Origin: the human T2T-CHM13v2.0 reference genome, Homo sapiens
DNA: 64,000 nucleotides
Assembly: GCF_009914755.1 (NCBI RefSeq)
Contig: NC_060937.1
Direction: 5' to 3' (one strand)
The stretch's first letter is position 1; the number at the start of each line of letters is the position of its first letter. The translations under genes were made by a program, and so were the position numbers. Below are positions 42,111 to 57,096 of this stretch, piece after piece. The notes beneath the pieces were generated by a model. The model searched no databases. It was not told where the DNA came from and saw only the letters and a list, made by a program, of their open reading frames with translations.

Positions 42111-42751
42111 TATTAAAAGCTAGTGCCATTACTTCATTTCACATCTGATACACAGAAAAGAACATGAGAGACCAAAAGTGAAAAATATATCCAAAGGGAA
42201 TGCTCTGTGTTGGTGTGTGCAAGGCTCAGAAAGTCAATGAGTTAGAAACTCATTGCACTAATATGAAGCAAATCATTCTATACACACCCACATAAACTCA
42301 AGAAAATTTCAAACACAAACATTGAAAGTTTTTAAAGCATTTTAAAATTTCAAATTTCGGTTATACTGGATCTCGTGGGAAAAAAAAATCAAAATCATGT
42401 TTAAAAGACATTCACCAAAGAAGGAAAGAAGGCAAACAGGGAGAATAACCTCCACGACCCCCCGCCCCCAACACACACACACAATTCCTCTCTGCCCTCT
42501 TTCCAGGAGTCTAATCAAATGTTCTGAAAAACCAACTAATGACCACCCCCTCTCCCAGGTTGTTTCTTTCTTTCTTTCTTCCACCTCAGGTGACAATAGT
42601 CAGAAATTTTTGGTTACTTTCCACCATTTTCTAATGAACCTGTTTGTTGTCTGGAAGAGGAAAGAGAACTAGATAATGGGCAGCTGGAAGATAGAGCTGG
42701 CTAGTCACAGGCTCTTATTCCTTTCCCTGTCTTATACATCTTTTTAAGGCT

Positions 42752-43208
42752 TGTATTGGTTTGCTAATGTTTCTGTAACAAAGTACCACAAACGAGGTGG
42801 CTTCAACAACAGAAATTTATTGTCTCACAGTTCTGGAGGCCAGCAGTCCAAGATCAAGGTGTTGGCAGGGTTGTTTTTTTCTTAAGACGTGAGGAAGAAT
42901 CTGTTCCATGACTCTCCCCTAACTTCTGGTGGTTTGCTGGTAATCTTTGCTGTTTCTTGGCTTGTAGACACATCACCTTGATCTCTGCGTTGATGTTCAC
43001 TTGCTGTTTTTTCTGTGTGTATGTCTGCCTCTGGATTTCCCCTTTTATCAGGACACCAGTCATGTCAGATTAAGGCAAACTCTAATAATCTCATTTCAAC
43101 TTAATTACCTTTGTAAGACTCTTTCTCTAAATAAGGTCACATTCTGAAGTACTTGGGTTTAGGACTTCAACATGTAAATTTGTGGGGAACACAATTTGAC
43201 CCATAACA
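42752..43208 (-). mobile_element. MLT1B/C LTR
   Basis: tgtattggtttgc..gtaacaaagtaccacaaac..tctcacagttctggaggc...cccataaca. Confidence 0.88.
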
Positions 43209-43389
43209 GCCTAGAGTGAGGGTGCACGGAGAAATGAAAATGTGGGGAAAAAGAAAGCCTAACAGCTAGACTTTTCGCACTATGGCATATATAAACAGGA
43301 CGTCGTTCTTCTCACTTTCATAAATTGTCATACCTATAAGGGTCTGAGCTAAGGCACCTTTTCATATCCATCTCAGATAAATTCCTATA

Positions 43390-44110
43390 GCACTTTACTT
43401 GTACCTATCTATGACACTCATAATTTTCTACCTTGTACTGCAGTTTATTATGTGCATAATTTATTTCTCTTATCAAACTATAAACTTCTTTAAAGCAGTA
43501 TCTAATCCATCTTTGTTTCTATTTCTTGACCTAGTACAGTACCTTGAACATGATCGGTATTCAATAAATTATCATTGAATCCATAAATGGCTGTCCAGAC
43601 TTTATAGGCCAGAGTTCAAAAAGTATATAAACTCACTGTTAAGCACTATATTGGTCAGGATAAGTTAGGTTGTACTGCAGGATCAAATTACTCCAAATTC
43701 TCAGTGATTTAATACAAAAAAGTTTATTTTTTGCTGAGGCAAAAATCTTGTAGAAGTCCAGGCAGTTCCTTAAACTGTTAGTCCTCCATGTGGAAGCAAA
43801 GTACCCTGGACAATTTCATCTTAGCATTAAGCAAGCCAGAAATGTGAAATGTCAATCTCAGGGACCTTTTCTTTTTCCCTAAAAAAAAAGTATCCTATAT
43901 TACTGTTGTGTACAGTATTTACTGAGCCCTTAACTATGTACCAGGCAGTATTGTAGATGCTGGGATCCAACAGTGAAAAAGACACACTAGAGGATACATT
44001 CCTGTGTTGAACAAGGATTGAAAAAAGGAGTGGCCAAATAAATGAGATATTTGCATACAATTATAAATGCCATAAAGAAAGTAGAACAGGATAATATGGC
44101 ACAAAATAAC
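43390..44110. mobile_element. L2 fragments plus an old MLT1 fragment (43648-43830)
   Basis: cctagtacagtacct..tcaataaat; gtcaggataagttaggttgtactgc; tactgagccc..actatgtaccaggca. Confidence 0.55.
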
Positions 44111-44239
44111 TTTCTTGTGATTTCAGTGCCAGTATGTTCTAAAAATCTTAGTCTTCTATTAGAAAATTAGTCATGGGAAAATAAATTCACACAAAATATT
44201 TAAGAAAAGAAAAAAATCTTAAAAATGGAAACACACACT

Positions 44240-46085
44240 CTATTTCAGTTATCTATTGCTGTAGAATAAACCACCCCAAAACTTAGTGGTTTAAAACAAC
44301 AGTAATTGTATATTTGCTCAGAATTCTGTGATTTGGGTAAAGCTTGGTGGGAAAACCTCATCTGTGCTCCATATCTGTTGGGCTGGAATGTCCAGAATGT
44401 CTTTTTTATTCACATGACTATTGACTGAGTTGAATGTCTAAATTATGGAGACTATCTGAGCATCTCTATCTCCATGTGTCTACTCCAAATGGCTAGCTTG
44501 GGGTTCCTCACAGTATTGCAGCTGGGTTTCAAGACGGAGCATTCCAGGAAAATACGCTCAGGGCCCTATCAATCCTTTGCTTGCATCACACTTACTAATG
44601 TCCCATAGACTAAGGGTAGTCACATGGCCAACCCTAGAGTCAACCTGGCAGAGAACTACACAAGGGCATGATAAGAGAAATGGTTCATTGAGAGCTACCA
44701 AAATATCTGTTTATCACTGTCAACAATCTGGCCTCTAATAATTCTCATTCCTCCTGCAATACCCTCTGCTTTTGCTGAGACCCCCATAATCTCATTCTGT
44801 TACAGCATGAGATTTGGACTTGAAGTCTACAATCTCATCATCTAAATCAGGCCCAGGTGAAAGATGAGGCTTCTTAGGTATAATCACTTTTGATTTGAAT
44901 ACCAGTGAACTGAAGAGATGAAGAGATAAGTTATATTCTCCCTCATGCCCATAACCATCAACATATAATGGTGAAGCAAGGACTGAAAAATGGCAATAAA
45001 AGGTCCATTCAAAAAGGGGGAAATGTGAAAAATATAGCAGTCACCAATCTTAAGCAACCTGCAATCTAGCTGGGTACATATTTTCAGATCTTAGGGCCTA
45101 GTTCTGATATCTGGAAGTGATTCTCCATGGCTCATGCTTACAACTGAGTGGCTTTCAGTCTTCATCTTGCTCATAGAAGGTTGAGAGCACAAAGGCTTCT
45201 TTTTATTTTGAAATGCTTCTGTCTCTTTTAGTTCAATCTGGCGATGTTTGTGCTAGTACAATTCTCTTTAAAACTTTGTGGGTTTCTTAGGTATCTTATT
45301 AGGGGTTAACTTCATTAGACAAAAGTTATACCCACAAAGCTCTTTAAAACTGATCCCTTCCTAATTTTGCCTGCAAGTCAGGGTGCTATGGGATAATACC
45401 TTTACTATTTTTAGAAGATCTTTATTTCTTCTCTTTTCTTTCTTTTTTTTTGGTGAGAGAGTTTGAGGCAATTTGTGAGGATTCCTAGAAGCCCCTTTTT
45501 CTATCCAAGGGAATTTATGGGTCAGAGCCCTAAATCTTTTCTGAGATCTCACAAGCAGTATCCTTGATTTCATCTTTACTTTGAGTCCCTATTTTATTGG
45601 TATTGTTCTGGATTTGATATGAGGCAGATTTTACTTTGAGAATATTTTTCCAAGGAACACTGGGGATGAGAATTTATTTTTGAACCCCAAAGCCTTTGCA
45701 TTTTCTTCAAATTCTGCTTGAAAACAGAATAGCTAATTCTTTAGTTCATCTTACACTTCCCATAACTTAACTTAGGCAACTAAAAGATGCAAGGTGCTAC
45801 TTTAAACATCCCGTGTGGATATCTTCATAGCTGGATCCACAAGTTAATTAGGTATCTTTTCTATTTTGCACATTACTGTTGGTGATAGTTTTGCTAATGA
45901 ATCTACACATCCATAACTTGGGTTTTCTTTTCTCCAGCTTCCAGAAAGCAATTTCCTCTCCGCTCTTTTAACTAACATTAAGTGTCTTCTTGAGATTTAT
46001 CAGGTCTCCACCTATTGCACAATTCCAAATCCCACATGTCTTAGCTTTTTGTTGTAGGAGTACTCCACTTTGGGTATCAATTTCT
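44240..46085 (-). mobile_element. MLT1H-like LTR (44240-44718) with attached MLT-int
   Basis: ttatctattgctgtagaataaaccaccccaaaacttagtgg; internal region ends actccactttgggtatcaatttc, similar to the THE1-int/LTR junctions in this window. Confidence 0.65.
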
Positions 46086-46384
46086 AACTTCCAGTTTACT
46101 TCAGGGACTGTTTTACCAATTGTTCTGCCAGTACATGATTCAAGCTTTCTTTTCTCCAGTGTCTGATAGCTATTTTATCACTGCCCTTCCATTCTTCACT
46201 AATACAAAAACTCAAACAAAAATCTCTTTTAAATTATATCCTTAGGGGAATAAGTACACATTTAATTTGGTCCCCTATATCTTCTGGATCATCATTTTCA
46301 GCACTGTAAAGTCATAATTGCAGTTATTAAAATTTCTCAATTGCCTAAGATTCAGTTTTCTTAGAAAGATTGCAAACAATTGCC

Positions 46385-46615
46385 TGTCTTTCTTTCCCTT
46401 CCTTCCTCCCTGCCCTTCCTTCTTCTTCTTTCCTTTCTCCTTCCCTTCTTCCTTCCTCCTTCCTTCCTCCCTCCCTCCCTCCCTTCCTTCCTTTTCCTCC
46501 CTCCCTCCCTCTGTCCCTCCCTCTCTCTCTTCTCTCTTTCTCCCCTCCCTCCCTCCCACCTTCCTTCCTTCCTTCCTTCCTTCCTTCCTTCCTTCCTTCC
46601 TTCCTTCCTTCCTTT
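46385..46615. repeat. Polypyrimidine (CCTT/CCCT)n tract
   Basis: Directly visible; ends in a perfect (CCTT)n run. Confidence 0.97.
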
Positions 46616-47584
46616 TATCCAGGTACATAGTATTTAGCTTTAGGGTGCAGAAGTAAATACATTTTTTTCTTGCATGATACTTACTGTCTAGTGAGAAACT
46701 TACTTGTCATTTATCCTAAAAAATATATTAACCAGAAGACCTATTTTGGTTATTGGATAACCCAAGGGAAAATTTCAAAGTAAACAAAACTTGTCTTTGG
46801 CTTACCTCACTTCACTTGTTGGCAAAAATTTCTCCACTTTTGGAAATCTAGTCACTGAGGTCTACTGTTTTTATGTTTTTCTTAGGAAGCCTTTGTCCTT
46901 TGCTTGATTTCTTCCAGAACGGGCCTCAGAATCTATCCATAGTTTTCCTGCTTTTCTTTACACAAATACATATATATCTCTACCTTCTTCTTTGATTTCC
47001 CCAGGGCCTTGGTCTTGACTAAATTTTCCCAAGCTTTTTTTTTTTCTTTTTTTCCCAGTAATGTGATATTGGGGCATCATTGCTTTCTCTGATAAAATGG
47101 TAACATTTAGACAGATACTTTTCTTTCTAGAGATGAAACATGTGAACCTAAAGAATGTCTAAAACTATGACTAGGCATGTGAGGAAGATATGTAGGGGTA
47201 AACTGGCCTTTCAGGCCTCCTTAAGTTGCCATGGCAACTCCATGTGGCTTCTGTCTCTCCTCCTGGGATTCTCCATGTGACCAGGCCCTTGTGCTGGAGT
47301 AGGCATGCTTTCAAGAGTGGATAGAACCAGTGGCTGTGCAATTAAATTTCTCCAATTTATTTTCAGGCCAAAGAGGTTTGCAATGTAGGTCTGGCTTTAC
47401 ACCCTTACTTAAGAAAACATCTTATGGCTCCTCAAGGATCCGAAGGAACCTAATTAGCCACATAGTAAAATCTGTACTTTGTGGCCACCAGAACTTTGAC
47501 AGCAAGTGTAAGTAACTTTGTGACCAGCATTTGCTTTTCATATTTACTTGAAATAAATCTATGTTATCTCTTCTGTGTATTTAA

Positions 47585-47990
<406 letters not shown>

Positions 47991-48015
47991 TGGGATTTTT
48001 ATCTGTGAGGATTAA

Positions 48016-48552
<537 letters not shown>

Positions 48553-49619
48553 TCTTCAATGATAGTTTATCTTAAAATATAAAATGCAGATAGTAACATC
48601 TGCCCAGCCTTCCCAAAGATGAATTATATTTACAGTTCTGACCATCCTGGGGAAGAAGATGTTCATAATTTCTGAGAAAGTTTCTGCAAACCAAAACAAA
48701 AATATGTTCCTGTAGGGAAGAGCAGGTCTCTCTGACTTTCTGACTCAGCTTGAGTTCCCGTTGGTGGGCAAGTAAAATTGCTTTTCTGTGCTTCTTTGAG
48801 AGCAAGATGAAACCCAGACAGGGAGGGACATTCCTTTGTACATTTACTGCTACGTGGAAGAATTTTCTTTTTCTTTCTTATAGGAATAAAAATAGAATCT
48901 AAAAATGTTCCCTTTTTTTGGGTGTAGTTAGGTGTGAAACAGCTTAAAACCATCATTTAAATAGTTATGACAAAGCTACTTCTTTTTTTCAGGGAGAAAA
49001 GGTATAATCCTATTATCTTTGTGTGGTTATCAGCACCACTTGAAATTCCAATTAGTGCAGCTAATCACCATGGGCTCCTCTAGTACTTAGCTGGCAAATA
49101 GCTAAGTCTAATTAATACTTTGGAATGGTAGGTAAATGACATTTATTTTACTCCTGTAGGCACATTTTCTAAGTAAAGTTCTGATTTGGGGCTTGTTTCA
49201 TTGCAAATGGATGATTTATAAAGAGGAACAACAACGACAAAATTCTGTATGAAACTAACAAAATAAGATCCTAAATGATCTTATCTAATCTAAAAGGAAC
49301 TAAGTCCTAGAGAGAAAGGTAGTCCACTCGCTGTCCAGTCAAAGACATACTTCTCATCCACTTATTGTTAAAAAAAAAAAATCTATGAAATAGGAGAGGA
49401 ATTATTCATTTAAATTCAGATTTGTAAAGACATACATTACCATTTGACCCTTTAACAATGATTCGTTTGATTAGGATAGAATATTATATTACTAATAACT
49501 TGGACCTCTGAGCTTTTTAATGCAAAGGACTTAGAGCCTGGGGCCTCTGGCAAGTCCATTATAATCACCTGGCTGATCTCCATGCAAAATGATACCTTTC
49601 CTGTGGCCACTAAGCATTT

Positions 49620-49937
<318 letters not shown>

Positions 49938-50314
49938 CCAGTAGGCATTTTAAACTGGAACTTGGCTGAGGGGCAATCCCTGTTCTTCCATGTAGAAATT
50001 CTCTGTTAGCAACACCCACTACCTGTCAATTCAGAGTTTCATCATCTCCTGTCCTAGTGAGATCCTGGAGTTGATTTAGATGAGGGTCAGCTTTATAGGG
50101 GGAAGCAAGGCTTGATCACCTGCCCACTGTTACCTATGGCCCCATGTTGACCATTGTGGTCTACATATGTCTCAGAGGAAGAGACAGGAGGGTTCACAAC
50201 TTAGTCAAACTCACTGTGACTACTGGAAAATCCATTCTGATGGTTGGTCATTATTGTCCCCTCAATGTTTGAAGATAAACACCACAATATTAATATTAAC
50301 CCAAAAAGTAAGGG

Positions 50315-52451
50315 TGTATTAGTTCATTTTCATGCTACTGATAAACAATACCCAAAACTGGGAACAAAAAGAAGGTTAATTGGACTTACAGTTCTACATT
50401 GTTGGGGAGGCCTCAGAGTCATGGCGAAAGGTGAAAGGCACTTCTTACACAGTGGTAGAAAGAGAAAAATGATGAAGAAGCAAAGGCAGAAACCCCTGAT
50501 AAACCCATCAGATCTCACGAGACTTAATCACTATCACAAGAATAGCATGGGAAAGACTGGCCCCCATGATTCAATTACCTCCTCCTGGGCCCCTCCCACA
50601 ACACGTGGGAATTTTGGGAGATACAATTCAAGTTGAGATTTGGGTGGGGCACAGTCAAACCATATCATTCCATCCCTGGCCCCTCCAAATCTCATGTTCT
50701 CACATTTCAAAACTAATCATGCCTTCCCAACAGTTCCCCAAAGTCTTAATTCATTTCAGCATTAACCCAAAAGTCCATAGTCCAAAGTCTCATCTGAGAC
50801 AAGGGAAGTCCCTTCCACCTATGAGCCTGTAAAATCAAAAGCAAGCTAGTTAGTTCCTAGATACAATAGAGGTACAGGTATTGGGTGAATACAGCCCTTT
50901 CAAATGAGAGAAACTAGCCAAAACAAAGGGGCTACAGGCCACATGCAAGTCCAAAATCCAGCCGGGCAGTCAAATTTTAAAGCTCCAAAATGATCTCCTT
51001 TGACTGCAGGTCTCACAACCAGGTCATGCTGATGCAAGAGGTAGGTTCCCATGGTCTTGGGCAGCTTTGCCCCAGTGGTTTGCAGGGTACAGCCTCCCTC
51101 CTGGCTGCCTTCACTGGCTGGCATTGAGTGTCTGAGGATTTTCCAGGTGCATGATGTAAGTTATCAGTGGATCTACCATTCTGGGGTCTGGAGGACAGTG
51201 GCCCTCTTCTCACAGCTCCACTAGGCAGCACCCCAGTGGGGACTCTGTGTGGGGGCTCCCAAACCTCAATTCTTGACTTCCATGCACCTGTAGGCTCAAT
51301 ACCACGTGGAAGCCGCCAAGGCTTGGGGATTCCACCCTCTGAAGCCACAGCCCAAGCTCTACATTGGCCCTTTCAGCCATGGCTGGAGTCGGGGGGACAC
51401 AGGGCACCAAGGTCCCTAGGCTGCACACAGCATGGGGACCCTGGGCCTGGCCCAGGAAACCACTTTTTCATTCTAGGTCCCTGGGCCTGTGATGGGAGGG
51501 GCTGCCGTGAAGGTCTCCCACATGGCCTGGAGACGTTTTTCCCATGGTCTTGGGGATTAACATTAGGTTCCTTATACAAATTTCTGTAGCCAGCTTTAAT
51601 TTCTCCCCAGAAAATGGGTTTTTCTTTTCTATTGCGTTGTCAGCTGCAAATTTTCCAAATTTTTAATGCTCTGCTTCCCTTATAAAACCAAATGCCTTTA
51701 ACAGCACCCAAGTCATCTCTTGAATGCTTTGCTACTTGGAAATTTCTTCTGCCAGAGATCCTAAATCATCTTTCTGAAGTTCAAAGTCCCACAGATCTCT
51801 AGGGCAGGGGGAAAATGCCACCATTCCCTTTGCTAAAACATAAAAAGAGTCACCTTTGTTCCAGTTCCCAAAAAGTTCCTCATCTCCATCTGAGACCACC
51901 TCAGCCTGGACCTTATTGTTCATATCACTATCAGCATGTTTGTCAAAGCCATTCAACAAATCTCTAGGATGTTCCAAACTTTCCCACATTTTCATGTCTT
52001 CTTCTGAGCCTTTCAAACTGTTTCAACCTCTGCCTGTTACCCAGTTCCAAAGTCATTTCCACATTTTCGGGTTTCTTTTCAGCAACATCCCAATTCTGGT
52101 ACCAATTTACTGTATTAGATTGTTTTCACACTGCTGATAAAGACATACCTGAAACTGGGAACAAAAAGAGCCATTTCCATATGGCTGGGGAGGCCTCAGA
52201 ATCATGGCGAGAGAAAAAAGGCACTTCCTAAATGGCAGTGGCAAGAGAAAAATGAGGAAGAAGCAAAAGCAGAAACTCCTGATAAACCCATCAGATCTTG
52301 TGAGACTTATTCACTATCACGAGAATAGCACGGGAAAGACCAACCCTCATGATTCAGTTACCTCCCCTTGGGTTCTTCCTACAACATGTGGGAATTCTGG
52401 GAGATACAATTCAAGTTGATATTTGGGTGGGGACACAGCCAAACCATATCA
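50315..52451 (-). mobile_element. Two-LTR THE1A MaLR element (LTR 50315-50667, internal 50668-52110, LTR 52111-52451)
   Basis: Two LTRs with THE1A-type aaaggcacttc..gaagaagcaaa..ctgataaacccatcagatc; internal region colinear with the THE1B copy; TSD only partial (aaggg/ttggg). Confidence 0.93.
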
Positions 52452-54064
52452 TTGGGTCTGCATTTCTTTTAAGGCTGTTTCTCTATAGGCCTGGGGGATT
52501 CCTATGCACATGTCCTAGAGTAACATGTTTATAATTAAACAGTTGCTTTGTTCTCCTCCCTTGAAAAAAGTCCATATTTGCAGAGAGTACCAGAGTTTCT
52601 AAACCAGAAGAGGCTGTAGAGAGGATAATTAGTCTCAAAGAGTTGCAAATATCTGTGGTTTTGAGCACAAGCCTTTGGCTGGGTGCTGGTCTGGAAACAG
52701 AGGATGCTTATTTTTAAGACACAAATTCTGTGTTTAATTTTTGGGAATATGAAAGAGTAGAATGTTTACTGGGGAAGGGATTTGAAACCTTTTGTAGTCA
52801 TTTTGAGTTTTGCAGATAAAGGCAATCCACACTGCTGTTCTTAGGCAAAGTAGTTCTGCAAGCAGCTCTCACAGGACTAAAGAGCCGCTCCCCAATGTGT
52901 AGCCATTATTCTGTATAATTATGGATATTTTCCCTTCCAAAAATATTTTTTTTTTCTAGAAGCTGCTGTTTCAAAGGCTTTCAATTCTGTGTGTCATTAT
53001 CAAATAATCTTTTTTGTACTCGGGTGTTTATTATTGGATTGCAACAACGATAAAGCTCTAGGGGTTTTTGTCTCCTTTGGTATGCTAATTAGCCAGTTTC
53101 CTTTTGATCTTTTTCTCACTGAAAAGAGTGAAAAGCTATCTCGGTAAGGAATCTTAGTGCTGTACATTCATCTCCTCATCTCCATAATCTGAGGATCAGA
53201 GGAAGACAACAATTTTACTGTTGAATGAGAGCTACTAGAGGCTTTAGTTAGAGCTCACTGCTGTCAAATAGTCCCACTGGCACCCAGAATTGGGCACCAA
53301 GGAGGAAGACGCAAAAGGGGAAAAAGGCACAAATATTTTATGTAGCAGAGTGAGCTCAGTTGCTTTTATTTTTCCTTGAAGCATTCAATCCATGCAAATA
53401 TATGTCACTTTGCTTAATTTTTGACTTTTAGATTTCTTTATCCTATTGATATATTTTTAGTGACAACAACTGAATATTTAGTTGGAAGAAAATGGCCTGA
53501 ATAGTGTGAAGAAATAGGCTGCCGACAAAATCCGTTGGAGGATAAGCTGCCTTTCAAAAGACACAGTAAATTCACATATGCAGAGTAATTGGGGAAAATG
53601 CCATGGCTCTTATGGGCTGGAGGCACATGTATTAGATTATGTTTGGGAAAGGATGGGAAGAAATAAGTTAGTAGATTCTTCGTTTGATTGTTTATTGGTC
53701 CACTGTGGTTGTGAAGATTTACCTTTTTATTAAGATCTAAGGACTTAGGACACTGTCTGGGAAGTTGAGTGGGAAATTTCATCATTAATATCATCACTTA
53801 ACATCTGTTGAGAATGCACTAAGAGGGCAGCATGGCGTTACAAGGACCAAGCAAGTTGATATTTAAATACTGTTGTCACAGGACCTATATCCAGCCCCTA
53901 CAGATACACATTCACAAACATATGCACACATTTTTGGTTGAGCTACAGGAAATCACTGTTTTTGCAAGTAAAAAGTAATTTCAGATGTCTCAATGGAACA
54001 CAATTTACTGTTTGGGAGGTGTGATCAGGGTAATCAAGTTTTATTTATTTATTTTTTAAAAAGC

Positions 54065-54250
54065 GCTCATACATCCAATAGAGTATTGCCTCCTTTAAAA
54101 CTGTACCAGGTGGTCTAATTCCAAATATACTGCCATGGCTGTGGACATTTTTAGAATAGTCCTAAACCTGAGGTGTTTCATTTCCTCAATATTTAGAAAC
54201 CTTCGAAGATGGGTTTGAATTTTGGAAATAAAGGAAAGTCATCAAAATCA
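54065..54250. mobile_element. MARNA-like relic
   Basis: ttccaaatatactgccatggct..catttttagaa; tttgaattttggaaata..aagtcat. Confidence 0.4.
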
Positions 54251-54424
54251 CCTCTTGTATGTAAAAACACTTTATACTGTATAAAACTGCTGAATGAGAG
54301 CTACTATTTTGAGTGTTCTTTTAAATAAGCAAAATTTGAATGCAATGGTTTCCTTGGGTGCCATAGCAACCACCAGTGCCTTACAATTTTTGATTCAAAA
54401 GATACTTTGAGGTCATCTGGTTGA

Positions 54425-54608
54425 ACAATCCTTAAACTTTATCAAACTTAAAAATTCTCAGAGGAATTACAAATGCAGTTTTGAGCACCTTGCCATAAAG
54501 ATTCTGATTTATTAGACTTAGAAATGACCCGGAAATCTATGCTTTTACTAAGTTTGTCAGTGATTCCAATGCAGGAGGTGGTCAACCATACTTGGAATGG
54601 CTGCTCTT
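54425..54608. mobile_element. MER5-like hAT MITE
   Basis: agattctgatttattag..ggaaatctatgctttt..gtgattccaatgcagg. Confidence 0.55.
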
Positions 54609-54699
54609 ACCTATAGAGATAGATGCTGAAATTCAGTGACCCACTGGAAATTATTCCACTACACAAAAGCTGGTCCAGAGCAGAATGCCAGGCTGCCGG

Positions 54700-54900
54700 A
54701 CTCCCAGGAGAGCCTTCAGAAGGGACTTCTTGGGTTTGAATCACAGTATGGTACTTAACAGCTAAATGGCATCCAACCATTTTTAAAGCCCATGTTTTCT
54801 CATATGTAAAATGAGGATAATTCTGATACCAAGCTCACAGTGTTGTGTCCTGCAAATTGCTTACAATAGTGTCTGGTAGATAGTAATTGCTCAATAAACA
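54700..54900 (+). mobile_element. MIR
   Basis: gggtttgaatc..tctcatatgtaaaatgaggataat..gctcaataaa. Confidence 0.75.
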
Positions 54901-57096
54901 TCACTTACCCTACGTTTAGCCAAAGAATTTTATTATGGCTCTTTGTATTTATTTCCTTTTCTGTACTTGTCACTTTTTATGATTTCTCCCCTGCACTTTC
55001 ACCCTCCTTTTCACAGGCATCTCATCTTGACATTCCTTCCCCATGACTTTGATCCCACCTTGGTTGCTGGTACTGCCACCAGACTAGAAAAAGTCACTGA
55101 AAGATAACAATCAGTTATAATAACTCTTTGGAATCCTCTCTGAGAGGAACAGCTGGGTCTTTTCACATTTTGTCTTTATGCCCAATTAACCTCTAACTAC
55201 AGCTCTACTGGGTTGTTATTTAAAAAATTCCTCAGCTAGTGTGCAGAGATTGAAGTTATCAGCACAGAAATTCTCTCTTTATGCCAGATGAGTGGAGGGC
55301 AAAGAGCAGGATATAGAGAAAAGCAGCCAGCACAGCTGGTGGCATCTGCACTTGCCCACGGGCTCTTCAGACCTGGCTCTGAAGCCAGAGGCACTAATGA
55401 TGGTGCCAGAGGGAGAAAGTCAGCATGAGGCATCCGTGCAAGGTGCCAATGAAGCACTTGTGTCTCTTCCCCATCTGTTCCCATCACCCGTACCCCCTCC
55501 CATTTGCTCACAAATAAATAGGCAATGGGCAACCAAATGCTGCCTGAGCTACCTGATGCTGTTAATTACTATGACTGCTTAGAGCCAATTATCTCCACAA
55601 AAGCAAAACATCTTCATGTAGCATTCCAAATGGAAACTGTTTCGTCTGGGGCAGAGACAAATTGAACACTTTGGCTTAGTTCAAGCTAAAAAGGCTCTTC
55701 TTTGGCATGGATTTCAAAGACCTATTTGTTGTCTTTTTGTTTCTTTTAATTTTTGAATTTTTGTTGTAGCTTTGCAGATGCCACAACTACTAAAAATATA
55801 GCAGGCATGATTGGGGTGTGATACTCTGTAAAGATAGATTTGTATATGTCTTTTAATCTTTATACATACATATATATATGTAATATGTACATGTAACACA
55901 CACACATAATAGATGCAGAATGTATATTGTCACTTTTCCAAATCTGATCTTATTCTTAGTTTGAATACTATAAGTATTTCTCTATTCATTCAGTCTCTCT
56001 CAGTCTCAACTTGGCTAAAGAGTGTCATGTGAACTTATGGAGAGGTTTGCATCTATTCATTCAAACTTTGTTGGAAATCTAGTCTAGGACTTCATTCATT
56101 TAGTACAAATGATTAGACAAAAACTTTGAGTTAACTCTCTTATCTTTAGTATAAGTGAAATGATGCTTACATAAGACAAATGAGGTGTAAATCTGAAATA
56201 ATTATCTGATTTTCTGGTCAAAACATTTCAACTAAGGAAAAAGTTAGGCTATGAACAATACATATTTTCTGTTGCTCTGATTAGTGTCATTGGACAATTG
56301 CTCAGCTCTCTTTGTTCATAGGTACAAGTTGAGTCATTTCTCTCCCATGTCACTGTTGGAAGAAACAAAGATAATTTGTATGGAAAGTAATATGCATGAT
56401 TTCAGTGTCCTCTAAATGAACGAAGCTTCCACAATGAAGTCAAGCACCTGGAGGAGAAGGATGCAGATAAATGCATCTTTCAGCATGGACACACCTGGGA
56501 AAGGCCAAATTTCCTTGGGCATGCTTCTAATTTCCCCTTGGTTTCTCTAAAGGAGCGGACCACATGTCATGGAAAACATCCACATATTGACTCATCCTGG
56601 ATAAAGTTCATGTGAACTGGAGAGTTTTGCCATATTCATCCAGTCATTCATTCATTTGCCATGGGGATGCAGTGGAGTTTCAATTGTAGCTGAGGTGAAA
56701 TCCATGGGAAAAACAGTTTTTATTTACTCCCTGGAGTTAGAGAAGCCATACCGAGAAACTTCCAGGCCTACGAAGTGCTGCTTTTAGCAGTCCCAATGTT
56801 GTGAGGATAGCATACTTTTTTGAGATTTAAAAATATCAAGGTTGTTTTTGATAATGCCTGCCGGTTATCCTTAGTATTTAGCAGACATTTGGATGTGTGT
56901 GGTAGTATGTGCTAGTATCAAACGAGACTTCGATTTATAGGACTTGGATTGCTACTAGATAGTGATCACAGCATCCAACTGGTGACTGAGCTGAAGCTTA
57001 CTAGGTACCCCCATTTCATCATGTGAGTACCAGGTAATAGCTATTCCGAAAAGGATCTCTCTTCACTGAGCTCCCTCCTAGCTTGTTAATTGTGCA

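Noticed and set aside
42560-42595. Isolated strong splice acceptor-like sequences (also ~27029 and ~36578)
   Set aside because: No convincing paired donor or ORF; such motifs are frequent in T-rich DNA.
46275-46656. ORFs rich in KEGR / PSFL repeats
   Set aside because: Translations of the (CCTT)n microsatellite.
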